From the NCBI GenBank assembly GCA_040285855.1, contig JAUFOQ010000006.1:1426001-1490000 (forward strand): a stretch of DNA of 64,000 nucleotides, given 5' to 3'. How positions within the stretch are numbered: the stretch's first letter is position 1; the number at the start of each line of letters is the position of its first letter. Positions 23,613 to 36,300 of this stretch are shown piece by piece. The stretch comes from Eukaryota sp. GEM-RC1 (Eukaryota). The notes below the pieces were generated by a model, which searched no databases, was not told the origin of the DNA, and was given only the letters and a program-made list of their open reading frames with translations. The position numbers and the translations under genes were made by a program.

Positions 23613-24960
23613 AGCCAATAAGGTAACCTTCCTACAAAACTATGAAATTGCAAAAACAAACAAATAATAATAAGACTAAATCGAAACGACTTCATCCCTA
23701 TCCGGTAAAAGATTACGTTTTTCAACATTAACCTTCGCACCAAACCTGTACAATTTCTCCATAATCGAGAGAAATGGAAAGGCATATTCCGATATATGGA
23801 AAACACAATACGGTTTTTCATTCAGCCATTCTAAACTTGGGCTTCTTTTCTTTACACAGTTCTTCGAAATCCTTGAAAAATTGATCACCAGCAGGACTAA
23901 TCGTTCCAAAAAGAGAAACAGCAAAAGGTTGAAACACAAATTTGGAATCTGAGTTTCGATTTAATTCTTCTATTGGAGAGTCAAACCTGGAGTGTTTGAG
24001 CTTTTCAGCAGCTTTTAATAGATTAAGACAAGAATCTAATATCCTACTAACACAAGATTTGTTACAAACATCTACTGTAGAAAAATCCATTAATGATTGA
24101 CTCGACTTTAGCCACGGATTATGGAGATCCCCTATTTTTTGATCAGTAAATTCATTTTTTGAAAGATGATTCAAAACTGGTTCAACTTTAGAGTGAAAAT
24201 CATGTGCTTTAAACATGGAATAACAAGAATCACGTACACCATCATGAATTACTGCACGTAGATGAATAAAATAACGACAATTAATTAAATGACGAAAAAC
24301 ACCATTAGCTCCAACAAGAGGAAGTTGAATAGTTTATTAAATTTACAGGCCAAATAGCCAAACGAAGACGCAGATTGATCATCCAAGCTTCATCAGATAA
24401 ATGAAATCCATACACTTTTTGGAATTTGAGAAATAAATCCAGAAGGTCCACTATTACAATTGTCAATCAAAAAAGCAGCAAACTCGGGACTATTAGTTTT
24501 AGCCATGCTAATACGATTATTAAAGTCCAAGAGTTCAAACTCCTTGTAAATATATTTTGCAGCTTACATACAGCAGAGGGTAAAAGCAGAATCTTGAATT
24601 TTCAAGTCTGAATTTTTGACCATTTAATAGAGTTTTTTTAAACATAAGATTTGGCAACTTTCTTGTTGGACAACCGCTTTTAAAATGCCATCATAAGGCC
24701 TCAAGGCCTTAAGGTACTTAACAATGACCCATTAGATGATAGAATGCCGCTAAAAAGTTGGAAATCGTTGATTACTGCTGTATCTGTCCAATATTAGCAA
24801 AAGTGAACTATAAATACTTAAGTTCTGCCATCATTGAATAACTTCATCAAGCTCAAAATTGGAGTAGAGTAAATAAATACTAAACCTCTCAATTCTTGTA
24901 TTCTATTTCTTCTGGAGTTAAAATTCAAAAGAGCACCATAATACGCATGTTTTTAATCAC
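23613..24960 (-). mobile_element. RLE non-LTR retrotransposon, longer degenerate 3' fragment
   Basis: Broken frames give YGFHLSDEAWMINLRLRL..WP, HLINC...IHDGVRD and KVEP...DFSTVDVC...AEKLKH. The upstream limit is approximate. Confidence 0.75.
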
Positions 24961-25110
24961 ATTATATTGATGCTCAGAACATCAAAACGGAATAGAACAT
25001 GTCAGATAATACAGCGACATTTAACATTAAAATTGTATATTTATCACAAAATTACATTTCAAGAAAAAAACAACCCGATATAATACAGTCAAAATATAAT
25101 TACAAAATAT

Positions 25111-25965
25111 TTACAATAATTCTACAGCTCTCTCTAAAACAACAACATTATCGTTGCTTAGAGAAACTTCAGCATCAAGATCCAACAACTGATGCTCCAC
25201 ATCTTCCAATTGCTGTTTGCGTTCTTGAATTCTAGCCAAGAGTTTCAAAAGGTGTGAGTTTGGTAGTGGAGGTGCTAACCATTCAGTTTTAGCACCAGCT
25301 TGTTTATAGACTTTTTTAAAATTTCTGAAGGGTAGAGCTGTTTCGGGTACACTAATTGGAAATTTAAAGTCGAAGGGACTAATTCGATTAGCATAGAAAT
25401 CTTGAGAGGCAATAGAACTTCTAGGACTAGCTGATGACGTGTCAGGGATTTGCTGACGTGGTTTTTTATTTTTAGGAGGTGGTGGAGGAGCTTTCTTCTT
25501 GACAGGCTTAGGAGGTGTTTGACTGGGAGGTGTTGGTGCTGGTTGATCTCTTGGGGGAGTAAGAGGAGGTTTAGACGAGGGGACTGGGGGAGGATTGGTC
25601 TTTTGAAGAGAAGGTGGTGGAATTTGTGGGGGAGGCGGTGGTGGTGGAGGAGGGACGTTAGAAGCTTTTGGAGCTGGGGGAATGTTGGTGGGAATTGGGG
25701 GTTTTGGTTTAGGTGGAGGAGCAGAAACCGCAGTCTTTGTTGATGAAGAACGACCATTCATCTTTGCTTGTAATTCTGAAAGAAAATCAGTGGGTGGGGG
25801 TTGAGCAGAAGGTGTAGACTGAGGGATACTTGAAGAAGTAGTATGAGAAGACTGTGATTGTTGTGCTTTGGCGATAGCCGCTGGTACAGACTTATCAACA
25901 GTGTCAGTTTTCTTAAGGCCATCCTTTTTAAAGGCTCTAATTTGTTCCAAGACAGAACCAGACAT
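25111..25965 (-). CDS. WIP/verprolin-like actin regulator
   Basis: N-terminal WH2 (LEQIRAFKKDGLKKTDTVDKS), a polyproline middle, and FDFKFP...LPFRNFKKVY resembling the WIP WASP-binding segment. Confidence 0.72.
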   Translation of the reverse strand: MSGSVLEQIRAFKKDGLKKTDTVDKSVPAAIAKAQQSQSSHTTSSSIPQSTPSAQPPPTDFLSELQAKMNGRSSSTKTAVSAPPPKPKPPIPTNIPPAPKASNVPPPPPPPPPQIPPPSLQKTNPPPVPSSKPPLTPPRDQPAPTPPSQTPPKPVKKKAPPPPPKNKKPRQQIPDTSSASPRSSIASQDFYANRISPFDFKFPISVPETALPFRNFKKVYKQAGAKTEWLAPPLPNSHLLKLLARIQERKQQLEDVEHQLLDLDAEVSLSNDNVVVLERAVELL

Positions 25966-26017
25966 TTGTGGGAAAAATGCATTTCAAATTTTCCTCTTTA
26001 CGCAAGGAACATCTGGA

Positions 26018-28325
26018 ATGGCTAAATCACCGCAATCTTCACGCTCTGTTGATTTCCCTACTGTGGAGGAGACAGTTGGCAAATATCTTTATCATCTCCG
26101 TGAAAATCTAGAGTCCAATGGATCGGCTCCAATCCCTCCCCGCATGGCAAACGACTCTTTCAACCTGGTGTATCAGTATATAGCGTGTGGTTCATCTGAG
26201 GGTGACACTAAAGAACGCATCATCGTTCTCATCAAGGATTCTCTATCTGATTATCTTCCTACCATTTCTAGCTACATTGATCAATTCGAAGGCAAACAAA
26301 AGCTCGAAATCTTCTCTCAAAAATGGACACGCTTCCAATCCCTCCAAGTTGGCTACAAAGCAGCTTTTGCCGCTGTCGACTACTCTAACGTTGGATCCAT
26401 CAGCAACACACCTGTTTGCCAAATCATCCGCAAAGAGTTCTATGACCGCGTCTTTCTTCCTCTCATTGTTGATCTCAAGAACCTGTTTTTAGAATACTGT
26501 GAATCTGAACGGCTGGGCTTGGTTAGTGACCCTATTATTCTCCGTTCAGTCTGTCAATTACTAGCAGAAATGGAAACTGTACAGGAAAATACTTTTAGAG
26601 ATCAAATCTTTAATCCTCTGCTGTTGGATCTACGCGAGCTCTACTCTCAGAAAAGAGAAGAACTTCTTGCACTTTCCTTCAGTGATTACGTGGACAAAGC
26701 TCATCAATACGTAACAACTGAAAACGAGATTCTTCGTCGCTTCATTCGTCTCTACATTAATCACTTGAAGGAAGTAGCTCCTCCTCCACCAAAAACTCAA
26801 GGATCTGACTATGCTGATACTTCCAACACGGCCCTCCATGCTCATGGACATGCTCAATACGAAGATACTCTGGCCAAAGCTTTGTATGAAGAATTGATAG
26901 TACATGCGAGAGAGGTGTTGTTTGACCAACACGCAGCCAACGTAAACTCACTAATGATTGACAAGAGCATTGTTGTAAAGAAAGTATATGAGTTGTTTAA
27001 AGAAACTGACCGAGTTATGGGTAATTCTGAGCAGCTATCTTTCCTCTCAAACATTTACGCTTCTTTTATTGAAGGTTGTTACCGTGAAGTCCTTGTCGAT
27101 GATTTAACAATTGATTTAGTCTCAACTTTGCTTGACATTGTTGAGGATACCAAGTTCATACTGAGCTCTTTGTTTATGAATGATGCCATCTTTCAACGCG
27201 TTTTTAATGCAACGCACAAGGGTCTATGCAGACAGCTCCCGTCGTTACCAATAGTTTTGGCTAATTTCTTACACAAGCAAATGAGCGTGGGATTTAATCG
27301 TTTGACTGACGTGGAAGTCTCCACAATTCTTGAGAAATCTCTTGACTGTTTTGTTTTCTGTGTGGATAAGCTTTCGTTTGAGCATCACTACAAGTCACAA
27401 CTTGCTGAACGACTCCTCAATGGATCCTCAAAGTTAGACTATGAGAAGGATATGATCAATCTGTTTAAAACTGAGCTGGGTGTCCAAGTATACTCTCTGT
27501 TTATGCAAATGATCAGTGACATTCTCATTTCAAGTTCTAAGTTACGTAACTTTGATGCTGCATCTTCAACTCCGCTGCCGATCTCCTTCATTCCTACGGT
27601 TATTACTGCTGGTAGATGGCCATATTCCTTCTTTACTGGGGAAGTTAAGTTACCTCCACCAATGGAACAAGCACAGAACAGCTTTATTCAATACTACAAC
27701 TCCATTTTCCAATCAAGAAAGATTGCCTTCCAACCGTCTCTTGGAACTGTTGAAATAGAGTTCAAACCCTCAGCTCAACGAACATCCTACATACTGTCAG
27801 TCCCCACTCCAATGGGGCTCGTGCTCATGTGTTTTAATCGAAAGAAGGCACTCAAATATCAGGATATCAAAGCAATGACTAACTTACCAGATGAGGATCT
27901 CCGTATGGTAATCCCCCCATTGATTGGCAATTCTGTTCTACTAAAGCATAAGACGGCTCAGCTGGATTTGAAGAATCCTCATTTTGCTCCAGATTTTTTG
28001 CTTGCAATGAATATTAAATTTTCAAACCAAAGACTACGTATTTCGATTGCTCGTTTCCGACCTTTTGAAACTCAAAACAAGGCTCGAGTGGATAATGATT
28101 TGTTGTCCAATAGAAACATGGAGATGGACGCTGTAATTGTACGGTTAATGAAGACCAATAGGACTTTTTAGGTATCAAGATTTACAATCACAGGTTATGG
28201 ACATGTTACGTCATCGTTTTGATCCCTCTATTGAACAAATTAAGAGAAGAATTGAACATTTGATTGAGCAAGAGTATATGTATCGTGATGATGATGATCG
28301 TAACGTGTTCCATTATATTGCTTAA
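26018..28325 (+). CDS. Cullin
   Basis: DKLSFEHHYKSQLAERLL, ITAGRWP and the neddylation motif DAVIVRLMK. After one extra T in the run at 28165-28169 the frame continues to IKRRIEHLIEQEYMYRD...HYIA*, the canonical cullin end. Confidence 0.93.
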
Positions 28326-28578
28326 GATAAACAACTATTTTTCTAATTTTGTGTACTTGTTCGGATTAAAAATAGAGATTAAATACAATAAACGGCTTTT
28401 GCAATTGGTTCGAAAAATTTAACAAAAATTGTTGTAATTCTGCACAATCATTGTGCCACAATGTTGCACTATTCATGCGTTTCAGTAATTAAAATCAACC
28501 GATATTAACAAAACCAATTCAGTCAGTATGTGAGGTACTAAATCAACTAACACTTCAGTAGAGCTCAAACTCGAATCA

Positions 28579-29142
28579 TTACTCTTTCCTTTTCTTCTTT
28601 TTTGGACGATGAATATGACTTTCTTGCTTTTGAATCTCTGCTTCTTTTTTAGTTGTATTACGCTTTTTCCAATCAGATCTTTTTAATTGAATAGGTTTCA
28701 AGCCTAGATACGTCCGCTGCTTCTCCTTCATTGCTTTTAAATAATCATCTACACTCAGAAGACTTACAAACCCAAACCCCTTACCACGAACAACTTTTGC
28801 CTTGTAAAAGCTACTGTATGAAGAGAAGTGGGAGGACAACATTGTATCAGTAACATCTGGAGAAAGATTGCCTACAAAAATGCGAAAGTCGTTTTCTGGC
28901 CAATCTGCTAAAGAAACGTCTTCCCATGTATCTCCTGCTATACTTCTATAGTACCTTTTACGTGATCGTTCAGGCACCACTGTATATGAATCATCGTCAT
29001 TCCGGGCTTTGCTTGGTGTTCGTTTAGTGGTGTGCTTAGAAGGGGGAATGTCATGAGTGACCTGGTCCTGGATTACATCAGTAGAAGTAAGTGATTCTTC
29101 TAGTTCAGCTTCAAACAGGGCAAAATCGTCCTCAGATGTCAT
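28579..29142 (-). CDS. RBM42: RNA-binding protein RBM42-like (tri-snRNP-associated RRM)
   Basis: RSIAGDTWEDVSLADWPENDFRIFVGNL...KGFGFVS...KAMKE...PIQLKRSDWKKR matches the RBM42 signature. Confidence 0.85.
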   Translation of the reverse strand: MTSEDDFALFEAELEESLTSTDVIQDQVTHDIPPSKHTTKRTPSKARNDDDSYTVVPERSRKRYYRSIAGDTWEDVSLADWPENDFRIFVGNLSPDVTDTMLSSHFSSYSSFYKAKVVRGKGFGFVSLLSVDDYLKAMKEKQRTYLGLKPIQLKRSDWKKRNTTKKEAEIQKQESHIHRPKKKKRKE

Positions 29143-29290
29143 TTTTTAAGATACTAGATTTACTTGATACAGTTAAAGATGGTGTTGGAGAAATTCTTCT
29201 GATTTCAACTCTGCTCTTTGTCACAGATTTGTTCTTTCTTTGTTAGAAAGCAACTCTTACTTTTATATTTGTTAGATCATATCTGATGAC

Positions 29291-29872
29291 ATGTATTCTC
29301 TATTCACCCAGCTCTCAAAGTTTGCTGAACCTATAGTAACAAACCTCCTTCTCTGTGGCCCTCGCTCTTCAGGGAAAACCATATTCCTCGAGTACCTCAA
29401 ACGCTTCGACTCTAAGCCCTCCTCAATACCCACCACCACACCATCCTACGGTCTCAACATTGTCCACTTCACCAACCGTCTCTTCCCCAGAAACCCTTTC
29501 AGATTCTGGGAGCTTCCAGGTGACGACTCTTTCTCTGATCTCTGGGGAGATTATGCTCGTAAATCACACGCTTTGCTCTACTTCATCCCTGTTAATCCTT
29601 CGCCTTCTTGTCTGTCTATCTTCCACTCTGTGTCTGGCTTAGTACATGGTTGTCCAATAGCGTTTGTCGTCACAAGTCCTGTCGAGATTGATCAAGATGA
29701 GTTTTTGGCTATTTCCCAATTGGTTTTGGCTTGTGTTTCTGAGAGTCAATTGAGATCAGCGACTGTTCATAAGTTTGTTACGACTAGTGGCCAAGGAATG
29801 GACGAAATAATTCAATATTTTGTGCAAAAATTGATTTATACCAAAACTTTAAGACGGATTGAAGAAGATTAA
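29291..29872 (+). CDS. Divergent Arf-like small GTPase, closest in outline to ARFRP1
   Basis: MYSLF N-terminus, P-loop GPRSSGKT, TTPSYGLN, FWELPGD...LWGDY; G3 and G4 are degenerate. Confidence 0.7.
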   Translation: MYSLFTQLSKFAEPIVTNLLLCGPRSSGKTIFLEYLKRFDSKPSSIPTTTPSYGLNIVHFTNRLFPRNPFRFWELPGDDSFSDLWGDYARKSHALLYFIPVNPSPSCLSIFHSVSGLVHGCPIAFVVTSPVEIDQDEFLAISQLVLACVSESQLRSATVHKFVTTSGQGMDEIIQYFVQKLIYTKTLRRIEED

Positions 29873-29994
29873 CTTTTTAAAAATATATACATGATCTATG
29901 AAAGACACAAAAGGTCATTTTCATCGTGAAATTATTTAAATTGATACTGATTATTTAAGTCCATCATTAAATTCTTCAATAGACCAATGGCACT

Positions 29995-32900
29995 CTAGCA
30001 CTGTTTTTTCATGCAAGGAGTCTGGTATTTTGTTTTCCTTACGCATGAGTCTGAGTTTTTTCTTATCTCTTGCTGATATTTCATCTTTTCAATCAATAAT
30101 TCCCTCAGCAAGGTCAAATAATCATCAAATTGACCATCATTGTTAGACTTTCTGGATTTAACATCTATAAAGCCCAATATTTTTTGTTTTAATTCCGCTC
30201 CAGCGATTGAATAAGCCGAAATACCATGAACATTCTCCTTATGAACATCCAGACCTAATTCCATTAGAAATATAGTTAATTCTTCAGACTCTAGTACAAC
30301 TGACTGGTGAACTAACGTGTTCTTACTACTATCAGTAACTGATAGGTCAAAATCAAGACCAATCAACTTTTGGATTAACTGTTTAGCCATTGGAGTGGTG
30401 TTTGAGAGCGCTTCAAACAGAGGAGAGGTGTTGAGGGAGGAGGTGGTGGGAATAGCGGTTGAATCCAGTAAAAATGAAAGAAGATCAGCGTTGCCAGCTG
30501 TGTTTTTGGAAATTTTAAAATATTTTGCAATATTGTCGAGAAGAGAAATAGTTGAGCCACAGCGAGCAAAGAAACATATCCAATCAGCTACCTGCTTTTC
30601 AGAAATATTAAATATTTGATCTTTAAATTTTTCAATTAAAAATTCAAATAAGTCGGTATTAGAATTGATAGTAGCCACAACAAGCATATAATAAACTTGC
30701 GATCCATCTAAAGTTGAGGGAATAATGTCTGCCAAAACTCCAAAAATATCCATTCCAAGTTTACGTTTGGAACAGACTCGAATTAATTTTAAAAAATCGG
30801 AATCACTAATTTCTTTTGAAAAGTTCTTCAAAAGTGAATAAATCAAAACAAGGCCGTGATCAATCGCAGAAGAGGCAAGTTGATCTCCATTAACAGTCAG
30901 ATTCAGTGGTTGATCGATGCTTAAAAGCCATTTGAGAGAAACATAGCTAGTAGATTCTAGAAGCGGATTAGTAGTGGATCTATCAATTGTGGCTGTAATC
31001 AAATCATTAACCATCTCTGACGTCAGCTCACATCCTAGTTCTAAAAGGCAATCAGCAACTGAAACATTCCCACTCAAAATTGATTGGAAGAAGAACGGCA
31101 ATCCTGTCAAATCTGATTGAATAAGAGGGTCAGAGGAAGGGTAGGAATCCATTGGAGAAATAGACAAATCATGTGTGAGAAAATGCAAAATTTCTGACAA
31201 TTTTGAAATACTAATATCTCCGTCACCTGTCACTTCCTTTTCTTTTCCCGTACAAATCAAAGCAAACGCCCACAGTACCACCTCCCCAGGTACTTTAACT
31301 CCAGATGACTTGAGAAACTCTGCAGCCTTCCTATTGTGAGACAGAATAGCAACAATGTAAAAGGGAATGTCGTTGTAATCTAGACCATTAGCATCAGCTC
31401 CAAGTAAGTGAATCACAAACTCTAAAACATCACTAGATAAGTGTAAGACGATTGCCGAAGAGAGTAGCTTGTCTGAATTGGCGGTCATTTTCTTTAAAGA
31501 ATTTGGATTTACACGTAGAAAGTTGTCGAAAATAAAACCTGCAACTTCAATGTTTTCTTTAAGTAAACATACTTCTAAGCAAGTTTCTCCATTAGAGCCA
31601 AAGGAAACCAAAGGATTGGCAAGGAGATCAGTAATCAGCCATTTGATTGTCGATAATGACGTTTCTGATAGCGGCTGTGATGATACCAGAAAGAGCAAGT
31701 AATCCAAGTGATTGGGCTCAGGAACTACTCCAAAGGAAAGTAAGAGCTCAGCAGAATCAGTATGATGTGATAAAACACATCGTGACAGGACATTTTCATC
31801 AGACGAAGGTTTTGACTGTTTACAAAGATCAATCAAATGTGGTTTGAGAGATGAATCGAGGGAAATTAAATATTTTAATATTTCTGAGTGAGAGACGGCA
31901 AGTTGATCTCTTGCGATTGAGCAAAAATCAAGAGCGATTGAAATCAAATTTGATAACGAGGGTCGTCCACCAAGTGATACAATCAACTTGGAAAATTCCA
32001 AATCACCTCGTTTGATTGCTGATGAAAAGCAGTCTCTCCATCAGAATTTACGTGATTGATCTCTACTCCATTGAGGACCAGAAATCGCACGACTTCTGGA
32101 GTAACAGGAGATTGAAAAGAAGAGTAGAATTGTCGAGTTTGTGAACTAATTTGCAATCAGCACCACGCGAGACCAAATTTTTAATAATATTTAAATCTGA
32201 CAAAACATAGTGCAAAATAGAAAATCCATCTAAATCATTCATTGAATTAATATTGTAACCTTTGTTTAATAAGAGATCAACGAGTTCATTAATCAAAGTT
32301 GATTTTTGAGCGACGGTTTTTTCCCGATTAAAGAGATAAGACATTAGAGTTTTCCCTTTGTGTTGCAATGATAGACTTGCATCGTTATTAATCAAAATTT
32401 TACAAATTTCAAAATTTAAATTTTCCACAGCGAATCCAAGAGCAGTTTCATTTGCCAACGACACCACATCCAAATTGACTCCCGCATCAATCAAAACCTG
32501 CACACAAGGCAAGTTTCCTTCTTTACTTGCAATCATCAGAGGCGTTATACCTTTGGGATCAACAAAGTTAACATCAATTCCAGTAGTCAATAGAAAACTC
32601 AAAACTTCAGGACTGCTACTAGCACACGCAAGAAACAGCAAATTCCGACCCTCAATCAAAATTGATTCCGGATTAATTTCACACCATACAATAATTTTCT
32701 TTACAACATCAAGCCTCTGCAACGTGATCGCATCAATCAAATCCTTCAAAAAATCACTTGACGTGTTTCTAGACGTGTTATCTATTTGATTGCTCACGTT
32801 CTCATTACCAGTATTCATGACAGTCATTCCAGGACAAAAACTCCCGACACTAGGCAATCCCAAACTCTTACAAATATCATTACAATTATGAGTCTGAAGA

Positions 32901-33523
32901 AACTGTTGTATACCAGTACTTCCCAAATCTCCCAAACCAAAGCTCTCGCTTGCTGTTGAATGACACTGTGGATCAGTATAGAGATCGTCCCATCCCTGGA
33001 TATCACAGATTAGAAGGGAGTTGGAGGAGTGGTGGTAAGTGAAGTGAGAGAAGGCTTGGGGAGTGTTACGGGAGTCAGGAGAGTACCAACCGTAGTTGTT
33101 GTTGTGTTTTTGAAAGATTCCGTCAATGTATTTCTCACAGTGGCATAGAGGACGGCCTGGTCGATCACAAAGCTCAAGAACATATGCAGGTAGGAAGGAA
33201 ACAAGTTTGGGAGGATTTAGTTCATTGTAAGCTTCTGCAAAACGTTTGGCTATCATTTGGCATTTAACGTCTTTAAAGAAAAGGTGTCGTGGAGGTGTAG
33301 GACGATCTTTTCTAGGGAATTTTGCCACAAGTAGAGCATCTGAATCAGTCACTGAGAAATCATGAAGTTTATGTGCTGCACGGAGATTACCTTGAGAAAA
33401 CGCTGATGGATCTATTTGGACAATGATAGCAGTATTTACCCATTTATCATTGTCAAGATCATAAGTATATTTGATAGCTCTTTCAGTAAGCTGAAGAGTA
33501 AGGGAAGCTGTGAGGTTTGTCAT
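29995..33523 (-). CDS. Alpha-kinase (eEF2K/MHCK-type) with ankyrin repeats, split by indels near 32030-32120
   Basis: FSQGNLRAAH, KHNNNYG, PQAFSHFTY, ICDIQG, YTDPQ, FGLGDLG and HNCNDIC motifs, followed by ankyrin repeats continuing through ORF 29995..32001. Confidence 0.9.
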
Positions 33524-33571
33524 GCAATTGCGTTCTGGTTCGTCCTCATTTTTTCAAAAACAACCCTTTTG

Positions 33572-35047
33572 ATGAGTATTCCTTCATGGACACTCATTAA
33601 CTCAATCTCTCTTAAACAACCATGCTTTAATAATTGTCCTTTTGATGATTCAGTTTTGTTTTTGTGCGATGAAGCTATCCATCAAATGAAAGCTGATGGC
33701 TCCATTGAAACCTTTAGTTGTCTTAATTGTCCCCCACCTCGTCGTTTTGCTGCTTGTTGTCAGTCAAATTCTTCTGTTTTTATGTTTGGCGGTCTAGACA
33801 ATTCCAATTCAGCACTTCGTGATCTTTGGTGTATCAACCTAAACGGAAACACTTCTTCTCCAGCTTGGAAGAAGATGCAAGCAGCTGGATCCGTACCTCC
33901 TCCATTGTTTGGTTCTACCATAGTCTCCTATCAGAATTATTTAGTCGTTTTTGGTGGTTGTAGAGCCGATGGAACAGCCTCTGACTCACTCTTTATCTAT
34001 GATACTCTCTCATCAATGTGGTTACGTTGCAATCTTCCCATTCAAGCACGTAATCGGCAGAAATGGCCTACCCCTCGAGCTCTCTCTTCTTCCTTCATCC
34101 ACGATGGTCATATGTACATCCTCTTTGGCTGTACACGTGTTCCTACCAATCTTCCAGTTACTTCCGATGCCTCCTCCATTCGCTCTCTATGGGGCAGGTT
34201 TCTAGACGACTCGTGGAAACTTCGTCTGTCCTCAGTACACCCTCCGAACTCCTTTGAACCTCCAACAGCTAGGTGGGAGAAGATCACAATGACCGGGGCT
34301 TCTCCTCCTAGTAGAGCTGCCTGTTGTGTCTCTGTCTCTCCTTACGAAGATAAAATTTTAATTTCAGGAGGGTTTTCATCATACCCTAGATCTCCATGCA
34401 CGGACTCCTTCCTACTCAATCTTTCTTCAATGGTTTGTAAGCCACTCAGATGTCGTGGTTCACAACGACCCCCAGCCAGAGCTTTCGGTTGCATCACCAC
34501 GACTTCAATAGGGTTTTTAATTGCTTCTGGTGTTAGCTGCAATTCCTTCTGCAACGATGCATATGCTCTTGATTTCACTGCAATGTCCAATCCAGGTACG
34601 CCTCGTACTCCCACAAGGACGCCTCGTGAGTGCTACACTCCTAGAACAGATCCCTCTACTGGAAGAAGTTATTTTTATGCAGGGTTACCCTCGTTAAATG
34701 ACGTGATTCCTACAATACAGTCCCCTTTCTCTGCTAGGAGTGTGGAGGAACCATCTACTGCTGTTTCGACTGGGTCTTACCTTGGGTTTAGTGAAGTAGT
34801 TGATGATGAGGTGGAGGAAGTAGAGTGGAAGGGAGAGGAAAAACCGAAAAAGAGGAGAAATTTAAAATATGTTGATGGCGATTCGATTCTGTTGTTGAAG
34901 AGTTTGTCGTCGGTTGCTGAGAATTATTCAGATTTGAGCAGTCGAGGTGATTTAGCTATTTCACATATCAAAAGTGCTATTGATATCTTAGTCGAGGAAA
35001 TCACTAGAAGTCAACATGATTCTGAGTCAGGAGATTGTGATTTCTAA
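33572..35047 (+). CDS. Kelch-repeat protein
   Basis: Repeated PPPR...FMFGG, VVFGG and LISGG kelch units; ATG at 33572 (MSIPSW) preferred as start. Confidence 0.8.
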   Translation: MSIPSWTLINSISLKQPCFNNCPFDDSVLFLCDEAIHQMKADGSIETFSCLNCPPPRRFAACCQSNSSVFMFGGLDNSNSALRDLWCINLNGNTSSPAWKKMQAAGSVPPPLFGSTIVSYQNYLVVFGGCRADGTASDSLFIYDTLSSMWLRCNLPIQARNRQKWPTPRALSSSFIHDGHMYILFGCTRVPTNLPVTSDASSIRSLWGRFLDDSWKLRLSSVHPPNSFEPPTARWEKITMTGASPPSRAACCVSVSPYEDKILISGGFSSYPRSPCTDSFLLNLSSMVCKPLRCRGSQRPPARAFGCITTTSIGFLIASGVSCNSFCNDAYALDFTAMSNPGTPRTPTRTPRECYTPRTDPSTGRSYFYAGLPSLNDVIPTIQSPFSARSVEEPSTAVSTGSYLGFSEVVDDEVEEVEWKGEEKPKKRRNLKYVDGDSILLLKSLSSVAENYSDLSSRGDLAISHIKSAIDILVEEITRSQHDSESGDCDF

Positions 35048-35449
35048 TAAACTTGTACCATTAGTGTTGTTTAATGTTTAAATAACAACGAAATATGTAT
35101 CAATTATTCTAAAGAAGTAACTGTATTTCCTAACTTAGCGCTGTTATGTTAATAAGAAAGGGGAATTTATCATGACTCTGACTAAATACATCACTGAATG
35201 CACCATAAATTCATTTATTTTCTCAAAACGATCCAGATATTAAACGAATAATTGTCAAGTATAATTGCAAAATGTTGATAAATGTTCTGACACAGAGGAG
35301 AAACTGAATCCCAAACTGTATTCTGTATCTAACTCTTTGGCACAATCGCGTTGTTCTTCATTATAAGACAGACTTCTTTTGGACCTTTTCTTCTCACTCT
35401 CAAACGACATTGGATTATTAATTAATTTCAAAAATGTCTCATAATTGGT

Positions 35450-36300
35450 CGTCAAAAAGTTTCTTTGATTTTCAACAATCCAACTCCTTTCCTTAATTAT
35501 TTTAATGAGTTTATAAGGTTTTTAGGGAATTATATGGGTAACACTACTGAGACCAAGAAATTGATGATGGTAAACAAGTGTCTTTTGTAATGTTACAGAC
35601 CTGTTCCGCTGGAAAAATTAATCAGTTTCTTCAAGGTCTTTGTCCTGATGTCTCTTGATTGTTCAAGAAATATTAACAAAACGAGAACAAAATTTAAAGG
35701 TAGTTTAGTAGGCAATAGTGATTCATTATCTGGTCATTGTTTTAGATCACCAGAATTTGGTGGAATTGGATTCTCAAAAGTAAAATATCTACGCGAAGGG
35801 GCCTTTCTAGGATGTCCAAAGAATATTTTAGATGAATTTCGTGCTCGGTTCAAGGATTGTTGGACTGCTGGTGGTAGATTATCTTCCTCAAAATGTTTTT
35901 TGCTTCTTAGCTTGAAGAATTTTATCAAAAATCTTGCTGCCGAAGTATGGTCTTCTTTGTTTCCTGTTTTAGCGAGACAAATCCCAAGACGCTCTATTTT
36001 CTCACTTCCAATGTGTGTACGTAAGTTCCAGAAAAAGTTTATTTATTATCAGTTCAAAAGTTCATTAGCTATCACGACTTTAAAAATCGCATTAGCTTAG
36101 CCAAAATTAACCGTCCCGCCTTTTGTGCTTTTTTTAACGGACATTTCAAGTGCTGTTGTGTCTTCTTAAGTCATTCTCTATCCTCAACGCATTTATTTTA
36201 ATTTGAAGGATCAAACATGGGTAATTAATATGCGTTTGAAATTGGGTCTCCGGCCTAATGGCTTACGTCAACTGTCTAAGTGCATCTGTAGTCTTCGGAG
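35450..36300 (+). mobile_element. Eroded non-LTR (CRE-like) retrotransposon fragment
   Basis: PEFGGIGF (post-RT LPxxxGGLG-like segment) and WVINMRLKLGLRP...CIC parallel the RLE family fragments elsewhere in the window. Confidence 0.6.

Noticed and set aside
25868..26017. N-terminal extension of cullin overlapping the verprolin-like gene
   Set aside because: It depends on a TTG start antisense to a WH2 domain; ATG at 26018 is the plausible start.
33416..33571. N-terminal extension of the kelch ORF overlapping the alpha-kinase start
   Set aside because: Non-ATG start antisense to a real gene; ATG at 33572 fits better.
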